NCBI GenBank assembly: GCA_026026165.1
Contig: JAPEUD010000009.1
Span: forward strand, 62,001-126,000
Direction of reading: 5' to 3'
Source: Sarea resinae
Lineage: Eukaryota
Length of the DNA stretch: 64,000 nt
Positions within the stretch are counted from its first letter, which is position 1. Every line of letters begins with the position of its first letter. The position numbers and the translations under genes are program-made. Positions 13,238 to 25,674 of the stretch are shown here, in pieces. The notes under the pieces are model-generated. The model was not told the origin of the DNA, did not search any database, and worked only from the letters and a program-made list of their open reading frames with translations.

Positions 13238-14967
13238 ATGGATTCCAGCACGGATTTCGGCCCTTTCGACCCTTACCTCACGACGCGCTCCACCATCGCC
13301 ATCGTCCTACCGACGCTCTCCATTCTAACTCTAATTTTGAGCGTTCCCCCTCTAACCTGGCATATCAAGCATGCCAACATTCCAGCTTCGTCCCTTGTCT
13401 GTTGGATCCTGCTGCTCAACTTCTTCAACGCCGTGAATGCCTTCATATGGCCCACCGATAATATTACCTCCTGGTGGAGTGGCATTGTACTGTGCGATAT
13501 CGAGGCGAAGATCATGACGGCCAGTTCTGCAGGCATGATAGGCTCTCTGATTTGCATCATGCGAAGCTTGGCAAATGTGCTCAACACCGATCGCACCGTG
13601 TTGGTGCCAAGCCGAGCGGCTAGGAGACGCCAAATGGTGCTGGATGTACTGTGTTGCTTTGGCTTGCCGGTCTATCTGATGGCTGTTCATTATGTCGTCC
13701 AGCCGAACCGTTATTACATCACTGCTATTGCCGGGTGCGGTGCTTCTCTGGACAGCAGCTGGCCAACGATTGTGTTGGTCAATATCTGGCCAGTGCTGGC
13801 TTCTCTCTTGTGCACATACTACTGTGGTGAGTCTCAATCGCAGTATGAAAAAAGTTCCATGCTGACTTCTCTACAGTCGTAGTCATATTTCGTATCCATC
13901 GCTACCGCTCCGAGTTTTCCCATCTCCTCGCATTGTCCAACACATCGAGGTCACGCTTTCTCCGCTTGTTCCTCATCTCAACCATTCTCTGCATCGTCTT
14001 CCTTCCTCTCCAGCTTTACGTCTTTTATGTCAATGTCAACCACCCATTGGAGAGGTACTCGTGGTCCCGTGTGCACTCGGCAGAATGGAGCCAAATCATC
14101 ATGGCGCCTTCGTTTGGAACGGTACGATTCGATCGATGGATTTATATCGCAAGTGGGATGCTGGTGTTCGTCTTCTTCGGAGTTGGAAGGGAGGCTGTGG
14201 AGATGTACAGAGGATGGCTTGTCAAAATGGGACTTGGAACGGTGCTGCCTACGCTGACGAAACCGTACCAAGGGAGGGGTCTGGGAGGAAAGAGTAAGGA
14301 AGGAAGCTCTTTTGGAAGTAAGGCCAAGCTGATGCTTCGACGGCCCTTTTCTTGGGGAGGAAAGAAAGCTTTCGACTTGTAAGTCATTCATCCGATCAAC
14401 CAAGCCGAACTTGTCACTGATTGATGCTATAGAAAATCCCCGATCTCTTCATCGTCCACCCAAACCGAGATCTTCACGCCGTCCCCCTCAGACCCGCAAA
14501 AGACCTTTTTGGCTACCATTCCGCCTCACGCGCCCCCGTCAGTTAGCCCCGTGACCTCGCCCTCTCTGCCCCACCCGGACAGAAACAGAAGCTGGAGACG
14601 TCTTTCGCTACTGAAACGCTTCCCGTACCCGGCTTTTGCATCGTCCCCTTCATCGTCCACGACCCTCGGTCGCGATGGTCCCGGAAGTGACGAGGAAAAG
14701 GCGCACGCACCGACTCAGCAGGGGCTCAAGGGAGTGGAGACCACAAGGCACGACCTAGATCCTCAGGGCGTCGCCACGCGCGTATGGTGCGGTAGCAACG
14801 GTGTCGATGGCGAAGCTGCTCCCAGACCCAGCGCAGGACGAGAGAGCAATGACACTTTCATGGATGCGCTACGAGGACGAGGACGAGGCCGAGGCCGAGA
14901 GGACAATGTGTGCGTCCGGACGGAGATCCTACGGTCGAGCGAGGGCGTCGGAGTCGCGCTCGAATAG
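13238..14967 (+). CDS. STE3: a-factor-type pheromone receptor (STE3 family GPCR), 3 exons
   Basis: Exons 13238-13826, 13877-14378 and 14433-14967 splice in frame. Motifs PLTWH, NAFIWPTDN, WWSGIVLCDIEAK, HYVVQPNRY, SRFLRLF, YSWSRVH and FVFFGVGREA are typical of STE3. Confidence 0.95.
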
Positions 14968-15469
14968 GGGTTCTCGTCTGGGAAATGCGCACGGGGATTG
15001 AATAGTTGGATTGAAAGGGAAGTTGATATAGTGGAGGCGGAGGCGGAGGCGGCGGCGGCTAATATGGACCTAGTGTGTTTATTCTTTTCTTTTCTTCTTA
15101 TTTCGGTTGTAGATGGGCCAGTGTGGTATAGGACGGATGGGCTAGTGATCTCTCTCTTCGCTCTTTTCCCTTTTCGTGCCTTCTCTTCCGCTTCCTCTTC
15201 CGTCGTGGTGGATGGGGGGGGGGGGGGGGCTCAGGATAGCAATGCAAAAACGTTGGCGTGTTTCCAAGGAATTTCTTTTATTCTTTCTTTCGTTTATTTT
15301 CCCGTTCTCGTTTTCTCAATCGCACATTTCTTCTTCTTTTGTTCCACACACACACACTTTCTCTCACTCCATTTCATCGTCTGTTTCTGCCGTCGTATAC
15401 GTACGTTTATAGTTTTCGTAATACCAGCGATGTTGGGAAATATCTTTCTCGCTCTCTTGAATGATTGAG

Positions 15470-16260
15470 TGATTGGATGGATGGATGGATGACTGGATGG
15501 ATGGATGAGGGAGGGAGAGAGGGAGGGAGAGAGGGAGTGAGTGAGTGAAGTGTTGTGTAAGGGATTAGAAAGGAGAGAGGAAGAGCGGGGAGAGAGGAGA
15601 GAGTATTAACTAAAAAAAGCTATGGACTACAGACTACAGACTACAGACAACAGACTAGAGATACAGGGCCCGACTTTCAGAAAAACAAAAACAAAACAGA
15701 AAAGAGCTATTAAAAGACAGGACAGCACAGCACAGCACAGCACAGCACAGCACAGTAATAGATAGCACAGGACAAGACAGGATAGGATAGGATAAGACAA
15801 GCTGACAAGAAGACCGAACAGACACGCTCTTTTATGAGACGAGACGGGTTGTTGAGAGATAAGACAAGACGGGCTATTGAGAGATAATACAGGATAGGAT
15901 AGGATGGGGTAGGATGGGATAGGATAGGATAGGGCAAGATAGGGTAAGATAAGGCGGTATAGCTAGAACAACAATGGGCCAGAACAAGAAGTGGGAATAG
16001 GAGACGGGATAGGAGACGGGATAGAAGCGGGGATAGGAGAGGAGAAAGAGAAGAAGAAGATGAAGAAGAAGAAGTAAGAGGTAAGAGGTAAGAGATAAGA
16101 GGGTAGTAGTAGTAATACTGGCTTTGGAAGGCTGCGAAGGGATGACGGGATAGAACGCTTTGGACAGAAAGACGTGGAGAGAGGAAGGGTGTGGGGAGAG
16201 GGAGGGAGGAAAAGAGGGAGGGAGGAAAAGAGGGAGAGAGGGAGAGAGGCGGTGAACCAG
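15470..16260. repeat. Compound microsatellite / low-complexity tract between convergent STE3 and RIM1
   Basis: (GGAT)n, (GGGAGAGA)n, (GACTACA)n, (CACAG)6, (GATAG)n, (GAA)n, with strong purine skew on the + strand. Confidence 0.85.
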
Positions 16261-16649
16261 TGGACAAGAAAAGAATTCCTTTCTTTCCACGCTTCACGCT
16301 TCCGTCATTCTTCACAGACACGGACTTATCGGTGCCAGCCAGCTAGCCAGCCAGCCAGTAGTCATGATCAGAAACTCTCTGGATCTAGCACCCCATTCGT
16401 ACTATCAGGCTGATGTAAACACCTGCCTCTCTCTCCCCTTCCCTCTCACCCTGCGTTACTCCTACACTTTTCCCCCCTCCGTCCCTCCATCCATCCATCT
16501 ATCCATCCATCCATGAATGAATGATCCATGAAAGACTCAACGACTCACTCCCTACAAACCATCCGACTCTCAAACCCGCACGAACCGTATTCCATCCCGG
16601 CACCCGCTTCCACACGATCTTCCGTTCCACCAACAACAACAGCGATCAC

Positions 16650-16798
16650 CTAGACATCGGAGCCCTCGGAGCTATCGCGCGGCGTAGGGCGTTTGAGGAC
16701 TTCGATCTGGCCTATTGCACCAGAGCGAGCGGGTTAGCGTGACTTTGTTCTTCGAGCTGTCTTTGGCTCGAGGGGGGGGGAGAGATGGGAAGGAAGTA

Positions 16799-16841
<43 letters not shown>

Positions 16842-17501
16842 AAGAAAAAAGGGATGGGTGGGGTTGCACATACGTTGAAGGATCGAAAGCGCAGTTCGCT
16901 GCTTGCCCTCGCCGTCTTCAAATGAGCGCATCCGCGCTTCGCCTTCGAGGTAGATGAGCGTGCTGGATTGGCGATTTATAACTGTTAGCGCTTCATTCGT
17001 TCAGTCAATCGGGGAGCCCTGCTCCGTGTCCCACTGCCCTGCCCTGCCCGGTTCTGCCCTGGCCTACCCTGGCCTCTGCTTTTCCTCTCCTCTTTTCTTG
17101 CCCTCCTCCCTCTCCCCTTTGCTTCTTCTGCCCAATCTCACGTATAAAGAAAAGAAAAAAAAAACATACCCCTTCCCCAGACTCATCAGAAAGTCCCTGC
17201 GCGGCCCCTCGTCGAAGCTAGCGACGCGGAACCAGCTCGTCTGCCGGTTGTCCTTGGGCCCGTAGCTCGTGCCCACGGCGTAGCGGACCATCTCCTGGCC
17301 CGTGGACGTGGCGGTGATTTCCGGGTCGGCGGCCAGGCGGCCGATAATGGTCATTTTGGCGAGGGGGGCGGCCGGCGTCGTGGAGAAGAGGCGCGCTGTT
17401 GCCGTTGCTGCTGCTGCTGCTGCTGTGTTGGGGGTGGTGAGGGTGCTGCGAGCGCCGCGGAGGGCGGAGAGAGACGAGAGGGACGGGCGGATGAAGGACA
17501 T
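16650..17501 (-). CDS. RIM1: Mitochondrial single-stranded DNA-binding protein, 160 aa, 3 exons
   Basis: Exons 17501-17170, 16962-16874 and 16711-16650 are in frame. Arg/Ser-rich presequence, then an SSB OB fold: AKMTIIGRLAADPE, TSWFRVASF, KGTLIYLEGEARMRSFED. Confidence 0.93.
16797..16840. repeat. (TG)n(AG)n compound dinucleotide microsatellite in RIM1 intron 2
   Basis: Read directly: TGTGTG... followed by AGAGAG... Confidence 0.9.
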
Positions 17502-18936
17502 GGTTGGTTCGCTGATTGAGCGGGGACTATGGTGTTGATGGTGGTGGTGGTGGTGGTGGTGGTGGTGGTGGTTGGATCGTGGGTTTGTTTGGGAATTGAT
17601 TACTAGAGCTGTCTGTAAGTCTAGAGTGTCTGTCAGTCTGCGTATCCGTCGCGATGGATGCGAGGTGTTTGCGACGGGCTGGGCTGGATCGGGTTAGGTC
17701 GCGTTTGGGATCGACCTCGTCACGTGGGTGGCTTCCAGGGGCCGAGCGATCGACCCTTGAATCTGAAATCAATATTGCGGCAATTCCAGAATTATAAATT
17801 GCTGCTTGTGGATCTATCAGAATATCGTATTGAATGCTTCAATTCATTCTCATGAAATCCCTCTCACAACTGCATTCACTTTGGAAAAGCAATGTTGACA
17901 TGAATTTCATTACTCCTCTTCGTCATTGCTGCTCCCTGCGGTCGCCAATTGTTTCACAAGTATCACTGATGTTTACATTTGCTCTCGCCTCCACACAGAC
18001 ATATGAACATTGTTCATCTTGTGATGAAGAGATCTATGACATATAGAGAGACGAGGCATGATGTTTCCAGGTTGGCCAAAGCATAATGGTGTGGGAAAGC
18101 TCGGTCGTAGAAAAAGGAGACGTGACAATAAGCAGGCGGTTAGACGGATTCACGATGAGACCCTGTGTATGAGAGTGATAGAAGCGCAAAAGTCAAGACA
18201 CACACAAAACAAGGGAGACAAAGTGGCAATGGAAAGAGACAATGAGGCCGTTGTTCTCCTGTCCGTCCGGTCCCATTGTGCAGTACAACGTCGGGACGAA
18301 AAAGGAGGTGTTGCGGACCAAATCACACAACACTAAACCAAGATCCAGCGCTGAACACATACACGCAGACCACTAGAAAAGCAACTAGAGGTCCAAACTA
18401 AACACTCTACACGCACGGTCAGTGAACAAGGTCATTGTTCACAGCCACCTATCGTCGAAAGCGTGCCTCGAGAAAGGAGCTGTTCAGTCAACAACACATC
18501 GAGTCCAGTCGTGCGCATGTCATGCTAACACTCCGTACTCGAAACTCACCATTACAGTGCCCTGGTGGCTTCGATGCAGGCCTTCCCAGATTATGGAGAC
18601 GGGCACGCCTTGCGGCGATATGGAACAGTCAAAGAAGATGGACCTCGCTCGTTGTGTAGTTGTTGTTTACGTCTTTGATATCGCGATCAGGGTCGAGTCC
18701 AAGCTGACGGCGAGAACATAACAGTGAGAGTCGAAATGGAGTGTTATGAGTGGAGGCATGGCTGTCTATATCAACACCTGAAAAAGATCACTCTCACTTC
18801 TCTTCATATTTCCTTACCTCGACAGAACGCAAATCGCATATTCAAAGATCAAATACAATAATATCATCCAGCTCAACCACCGCCTATCAGCGTCGCAAAT
18901 AACATATCATTGCTTGAACACAGCCCAGAAAAAGAA

Positions 18937-21156
18937 ATGTCGGATCTGCTCAGCCAAGACCTGCTTGAGGGTCTCATGGAACTCGACGAATGGGGAAACT
19001 TGCCTCAACTCGAATATGTTGATCCCAACGATGTATTTGCTGCGACTCTTGGAGAAGATGAGCTGAATCTACAAGACGAGATCATGGGGGAATTTGGAAC
19101 ATTGCAGGACATGGAAGGGCAAGACAGTTTCTATCGAGGATATGAAGGTGATGTTGATGCTATGGTGGTAGAGGAGAACTTGGGAAAGGGTCATGAATCG
19201 GACGAGGAGATGATAGGCAACGAGATAGCAGTAAACCCGGAGACTGCAGAGGAAGCTGCAGAGGATAAGGAGCTTGCAGAGAATGAAGAGATTGCAGAGG
19301 ACGAGATGGCGACGAAGGAGATGGAATCGAACGGATCAGGGATGAGCCAGATGCCACTGAATTTGAGTATTATGGAGACAACCATGGCCGAGTCGACACC
19401 GAAGTCAAGTGGTAGCAAGTCTCCGCAGTATCAGGCTCCAGAACAAGCGTCATTCAAAGTCAACGAAAAGACTCCAGCTCCATGCCCTCTTCAAAGCAAA
19501 GTACGGCATCACGGCCAAGGCGAAACGCCAATCCAAGAACAACCACTACCATCCCAAGCCGAAGAGTCGAAGCCGCAACGATTCATCTCTCCTAAGCAAC
19601 AAACTCTTGCCGGGCCGTGGACCTATGCCTTATTCCAGTCGGGAATGGAAACCTATCGCAATCCCGGATGTAATGATGATGACTATACAAGCTTCGTCCC
19701 CGAACAGGCTTCCTGGTCATTCGACAACCTCCCAGACATCATCTATCAGTACAAGCCATCACCAGGCTGGCTTAAAAAAGGACAGCAGCAGGTGGAAAAG
19801 AAAATGCATCCCGTCTTTGGCATTCCCATCAGGATCATCCCGTGTCTACCAGACCACATCTGCTCAAATGTCGAGCCTTGGCTGATTGAATGCTGGCTGC
19901 GCACCGATTCTAGGATCGAATGGGGCGACATCTTGGCTCGCATACAGGGTCGAGCGTGCCCGAAATGGAACACGTTACAGATGAGTGTTTTCCGCTTCCG
20001 TGAGGACTTTTTCATGCTGTCCTGGAAGTCGCGCGGCCGCAAAACAACCACTCGAGATGAGCACCTTGTGTCCCTACTGAAGCAGAAGGGGATCGACCCA
20101 GCCAAAAATTCAACTCGTGGTCTTACCCCTGGCCTAGTGGACCCCGCTCGAGGAGAGTATGGAGGACGGATTGAGGCGTCAAAGAAGTACCACAGCCCGA
20201 TGAAGCAGCGCAAAGCAGCTCTGGACAATTCGATAGTCAAATTTCCCGATTCGACGACAACTGCAGAAGACTCAAGTGACTCAGAGGTTTCGGAAGAGCT
20301 CCAACCCTCCGAAAGTGCCGATTCTTCCTCGGCGTTCCATGGCCAGACTGGTGCCCAGATATGTGATACTACTCCACAAACTAAGAATCCGGCTCTGCCA
20401 AGCCAGATTTTTCAGATTGCAGACAATTCAATCCCTATCGATCCTATGTTGATGCAGATCGATAGCTATTGCGACCTTGACAAAGACAAGGAGCAGCAAG
20501 CTTCTAACACTGCAACGATGTGTAGCGGAATCATCGGCGAAGATGTTGGTCGCCGTCATAAATCCCAATATCGATTCAATCAAGGCTTACATTACTCCCA
20601 GATGGAAACGGACATTCCTGCACATGTCGACGAAACCCCTGGAGTAAGCATAAATGAAGAGTCAGCGGCGCAGCTACAACGCTCGGGCAACTTTCTGAAA
20701 GGCTTTACACGACAGTTCGAGGGCGATGGAACAGACTTTTATCAGACCATGGATCTGAGTCCTAGGACTCCTGAGAGCAGCCACCACGGTGCGCAAAATA
20801 GACATACAAATTCAAGCGCACCCTCAATCATGTCTGGAAACACACCTTTGACTCCACCCAGCAACGACTATCATGTCGGATCCCCCATGCCAGCAGAACC
20901 AGTGTACCGAGACTTCGCAGAATGGACATTCCACATGGGTGAAGAATTTTTCAAGAGCCAGGGATTCGTCGAAGGAAAGGTCAATCGTCACGCTTGGTTC
21001 AAGGAGCATGCTCGTGCTGGTCACCAGCAGCATCTTGAACGCCATGCTGCGAAAGAGGCGTCCGACGCAGTTGAAAAGCACGATCCAATGATCGCTGGGG
21101 AAGTTGAAGATATGTATGACCATTATAATATGGAAATGAGTTTCGACTTCGAATGA
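18937..21156 (+). CDS. Intronless hypothetical protein (about 739 aa) with an acidic N-terminus and a compact Trp/Arg-rich central domain
   Basis: 2.2-kb uninterrupted ORF, first ATG at 18937. Central segment PWLIECWLRTDSRIEWGDILARI...WNTLQMSVFRFREDFFMLSW...NSTRGLTPGL looks globular; the flanks look disordered. Confidence 0.75.
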   Translation: MSDLLSQDLLEGLMELDEWGNLPQLEYVDPNDVFAATLGEDELNLQDEIMGEFGTLQDMEGQDSFYRGYEGDVDAMVVEENLGKGHESDEEMIGNEIAVNPETAEEAAEDKELAENEEIAEDEMATKEMESNGSGMSQMPLNLSIMETTMAESTPKSSGSKSPQYQAPEQASFKVNEKTPAPCPLQSKVRHHGQGETPIQEQPLPSQAEESKPQRFISPKQQTLAGPWTYALFQSGMETYRNPGCNDDDYTSFVPEQASWSFDNLPDIIYQYKPSPGWLKKGQQQVEKKMHPVFGIPIRIIPCLPDHICSNVEPWLIECWLRTDSRIEWGDILARIQGRACPKWNTLQMSVFRFREDFFMLSWKSRGRKTTTRDEHLVSLLKQKGIDPAKNSTRGLTPGLVDPARGEYGGRIEASKKYHSPMKQRKAALDNSIVKFPDSTTTAEDSSDSEVSEELQPSESADSSSAFHGQTGAQICDTTPQTKNPALPSQIFQIADNSIPIDPMLMQIDSYCDLDKDKEQQASNTATMCSGIIGEDVGRRHKSQYRFNQGLHYSQMETDIPAHVDETPGVSINEESAAQLQRSGNFLKGFTRQFEGDGTDFYQTMDLSPRTPESSHHGAQNRHTNSSAPSIMSGNTPLTPPSNDYHVGSPMPAEPVYRDFAEWTFHMGEEFFKSQGFVEGKVNRHAWFKEHARAGHQQHLERHAAKEASDAVEKHDPMIAGEVEDMYDHYNMEMSFDFE

Positions 21157-22923
21157 TTATGAAGTGGGCGTATAGGCGGAAAGGCGTTGACATCATGGAA
21201 TTTTTGAGTTGGAAGTTATTGTCCAATGGATGGCGTTCAAACTTTCGGCATTTCCAATTAAAGATTCTCTTTCCATCCCCACGTCTAGATCGGTCAAGAC
21301 TTTACTTCGTACAATCATGTTGACTATGGTCTTTGATCTAATGTATCGATTATCTGTCCTCAGTCAATAGCACCATTGCTTGCTAAATCAGACGGTTCTT
21401 GTTCCTTGAAGCTGCAGTGATTAGATGCAACGAAGACAAACGTAGAGACCACTTTCGCGGACTTGAAGGGCAAAAAGCCATCATCGCAGCCCTCTTTTAG
21501 GTTCGCGCAGAAATAATCGAGCATAGAAAGGCATCAAGGCTGAGAGCATGGAGGGAAAATACCATATGCGGTACAGTAATGTCGAGAACGCCTTGTAGAG
21601 AAACATACTTTGGGTTCGACACCTCTCTCTTTGCTTTGAACAAAACGATGTTGTCCTCTCTCGAAAGCCCCAGAGCAAGATGATGTACTATGTAAGTACT
21701 TGAGTAACTACCTTAGAGTCTAACACCATCTCGGGTAATGAGAGTCGAAATAGGGAGTTTCAGAGATTCGATGCTATTTTTATTGACAGGAGCCGAATGA
21801 TTTATTCTGCAGAAGCGCCAGTCATGATCGCAATAGAGATAATTTGGTCGCTGGACTTGACGTTGGCTTGGGCTGTCAAGACGCGAGGCCGTCTTGCAGA
21901 TGGATGGAACAGTAAGGTGCCTGCTCAAACGCTCATGAAGAGCGATGTCGATCCACGCAACTCGTGGATTCGAAGTGTTTCGAAGTGAGATGAAACTACG
22001 GCCTTGGTCATGAAACTCTCCAGCAATGTACGGAATACTCGAGGCCACCATGATGATAGCCGAACCACGACGATCGAAGGGCATCACGGCCTGGGAATAA
22101 GATAAATAGAGTCAGAGGGTGTCCGCATCATCGAAGCCTGCCCCTTCTCGTTGCCTTCCTTTCATCATCACGACGAGTACTGCCAGACGAGAATAACAAC
22201 ATCCATTTGCAAGCCAGTGCTGGGTACAGGAAGCCTAGGTACCTGCACCTTACCCACCTTGGATTCGACCATCGACAGCAGGCGACAGACGTACGACGAC
22301 GTATGACATACAGCGCCCCTCGGCCCCTGAGCGACGAAAATACCAAGTCCAGAGTACGCAGCACGAAGTACTACTAGCCAGGTACCTGGTGGGCTCTTGA
22401 CTGCGCGGTTACGTATGCGTTGAGTCCCCCACGACTACTCCGGAGTACTTTCATACACGACCCTGCTGCCCCCATTCCAAAATTAAATACTTCCCTTTCG
22501 GCACCTCATACCTCACCTTACTGCTTCTCGTTCGATTCATTCTCGAGATTGGCATTATCGTGATCCCATTTCAATTGTTACCTCACCTTCTTGATCGACC
22601 ATAATCGATCTAATTGCGATCGCCATCTTTTCTTTCTCGATTCTTGTTCGCGTCTCTCCCCTCCCCCCCCCACGACTCGTTTCAATCTCTCCCCTCGCAT
22701 ATCATCGAAGTACTTCCAGTTCGTATCCCCATCTATTACGCTGCATTCGTCACCGTCCGGCCAGGTAACTTCAATCCTGGTCCCTTCGGATCTCTCGACA
22801 TTCCGATTAAAGTCCGTGGCAAAGTCAGCTGCCCTCCGCTTCCTCAGATTCCGCGACCATCCGTCTGATTCATTCAGGTCCATTCATTTTGTTTTTCTCT
22901 TGGGAAGTTGAGAACATCTCAAG

Positions 22924-24405
22924 ATGAATGTCAACAAGAAATTCGATCGCTTCAAGCAATGGGCAGGGGAGCGGATGGGCGGGGAGGCCAAGACCAATGT
23001 CTCCGATGACTTCAAAACCCTGGAGACTGAGATGGCTCTCCGGCACGAGGGTAAGACCAAAGATGGATTGTTGGTGACTATGGCTGACTGTTCTAGGTAT
23101 GGAACGCCTGCAGAAGTCGATGACCTCGTATGTCAAGTCGCTGTCCCAGCGAAACGAGAGCGAGGACAAGGAGAAGGTTCTTCCCGTGGCATACATGGGC
23201 TCTACCATGATAAGCCATGGCGAGGAGTTTGAGAACGATTCGGAATTTGGAAATTGCCTCATCAGTTGGTTCTCTCGCCCAAATTATTCGTACCCATTCT
23301 AACGTGGTCAGGTATGGGGCGCGCCAACGAGAGGATCGCCCGCATGCAAGAGACTTATATCACGAGCACCACTAACAGCTGGCTCGAGTCAACGGAGAGG
23401 TCTCTCGCGCAAATGAAAGAATACCAGGTGAGCATATATCAGGGTTAAAAGATCCAAACCCAGTGCTGATCTTCTCCAAAAGGCAGCTCGCAAGAAGCTC
23501 GAGAGTCGGCGGCTTGCGTATGACGCTTCCTTGGCGAAAATGCAAAAGGCCAAGAAAGAGGATTTTCGCGTTGAAGAAGAACTCCGGTCTCAGAAAGCAA
23601 AATACGAAGAGTCTAGCGAGGACGTCTACAGGAGGATGCAGGACATCAAGGAAGCGGAAGTAGAAAGTGTCGCGGATCTTGGAGCATTCCTTGACGCCGA
23701 ACTGCATTACTATGATAGATGTCGCGAGGTCCTTGTGCAACTCAAGAGGGAATGGCCCGCAGGGTAGGTTTACGCAATGCTCTGCTTGTGGCTTTAGCTG
23801 ATGCGCTGAATAGGCAAACTTCTGTCAACGAACGCGAGTCCCGACGCCATCCTCGATCCCGGTCCAATACCGCCCACTCTTACGCAGACCGATTCAATCC
23901 GCCAGAAGAGGAACCTCCTCTCCCTTCAGAGCCACGTCCTACAATTCGTTCTAATCGTTCGATGAACACGCATGACTCGGGATCTCGGCCAGTGTCGAAC
24001 CGCGCTGCTACCTTTGAAGGCCCAACGCAACTCTATGGCGAACCGAGCCCTTCCGGAGCAGTCCGTATGCTGTCAGTGCCGAATGATTCCTCACCTATGA
24101 ACAATCGGCCCCAGCTCCGCCCCGTCAATAGGATGAACAACAACAACGATCTTTTTGGTGATCCATCAGACGATTCTGCGGGTCTCAGTAGCAGTCCCGA
24201 TAGATACTATGGCGATGCGAGATCAGTATCACCTGCAACGTCTCACGGCAGCGGCGCTATCTCACGGTCCGGAAGTTCTACTACTCTCAATGCAAGCTAC
24301 AAGAAGGCGGCACCGCCCCCACCACCTTCGCGCGCAAAGAAACCGCCACCACCACCGCCGATGAAAAGAAGTGCTTTGAGCTCGTCGACAGTCCCGTATG
24401 CTTAA
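22924..24405 (+). CDS. BAR-domain protein (endophilin-like) with proline-rich tail, 5 exons
   Basis: MNVNKKFDRFKQWAGERMGGEAKT, ARKKLESRRLAYDA, EELRSQKAKYEESSEDV, AFLDAELHYY, and C-terminal KKAAPPPPPSRAKKPPPPPP. Introns approx. 23051-23097, 23265-23311, 23428-23482 and 23764-23813. Confidence 0.85.
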
Positions 24406-25674
24406 GAGGTGGCGATAGAATGTCGTGTTTTGTGTTCGACTGCTTTTGCTCTTCTCAAGCGAGGTGGCTGTGATGTCCGGGTTTCTCATTGGCGGCGTAT
24501 TGGACAAAGTTCTCGGTTGAAATGTCGATGCAAACTGTGTGCCCCCTGCATGAGACTCCCCTCTGCCCTCGTCGTCCCGATTGGGAGGTCGAACGCATTA
24601 TTCCTGCGACAGTGATTCCAACTTTGTATGTCTATTGCTCCTGTAGGGCTGTTCTCCGTACTTGCAATCAAAGACTTCGCTGCACTTGATCGATGGTAGA
24701 AGAGTAGATGAGCGTCCGGGCCATCAGGATCACCCAGGTAGCATACATACCTTAGCTATCTCACCTGCCTCGAATGTTGCTGCCCGGGGCTTCTCTGGTC
24801 GTCCCGATTAGGAAGGACTGAACGACTTGATATCACGTGACACACCAAGCGAAGATGCTAGCCCGATGGGGCTGGTCGCAGAGGCGATGAGTAAGAGCGA
24901 CTGCACTTTCCTTTGACCTCTCTCCTCACCTGCAACCAGTCTACTGCGTCCGGTGCAATCAGTCTCAACCACGGCAAGTGAACGGGAAGTGAATGGGTAG
25001 GTTGGATGTGTAACTGATCACCGCACCACGAGAAAAAGCGCTCCAGGCTGGTGTCTTAGCACTGGGCACGTCTGGCCACAGCACCGCACCGCACACCTCA
25101 CCTCACCTCTACCTTCCCTTCACTCTTCCACCCTTCCACACGTCGTTTCCTCGTTTCCTCTCGACGCGTTTTCAGGCCCACCTTTCCGCGCAAGGGGCCA
25201 CCCACTCCCTCTCCACCGTCTATCAACCACATCTCTTGCCTCCGCTCACTCGTTGGGAGGACATCACTCACCTTCCGCGCGCATTCCGCTTGGCCTCCAC
25301 CTCTCCGCCTCTCCACCCACACACCCACCCACCCCCCCTCCCATCTCTTGAGGCCAAGATAACAGACGATAAGTCTACCCGAATCCAAGACGCTGAGGAA
25401 CATCAGTCTTCGCCAACCGCCAATAGAATCTGTTGATCCTCTTGGTCGACTAGCGGATGGGGGAAGCGACGCGAAGGTGAAATTTACTCTGATCCTACCA
25501 CATCGCCGTTTTCAGCCTCACTACCGCATCTCGGCTTAGGCCTTGTTCCACCCACTCACGACCACCAACATTGCGCTCGCTCAGTCTGGGCGTCGCTTCA
25601 ATATTTTTGACGCGTCCAACGACCGTGAAGCTGGATCGCGTCGGTCAGGCAACCAGCCACCTGACCTGGCCAAG

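Noticed and set aside
14998..16413. Hydrophobic or repetitive ORFs (156, 203 and 138 aa) in the STE3-RIM1 interval, and similar ones at 47.3-49.4 kb
   Set aside because: These are translations of microsatellite and low-complexity DNA.
21250..22370. Possible gene or pseudogene between the orphan ORF and the BAR gene
   Set aside because: Only short ORFs without recognisable motifs; I could not build a consistent spliced model.
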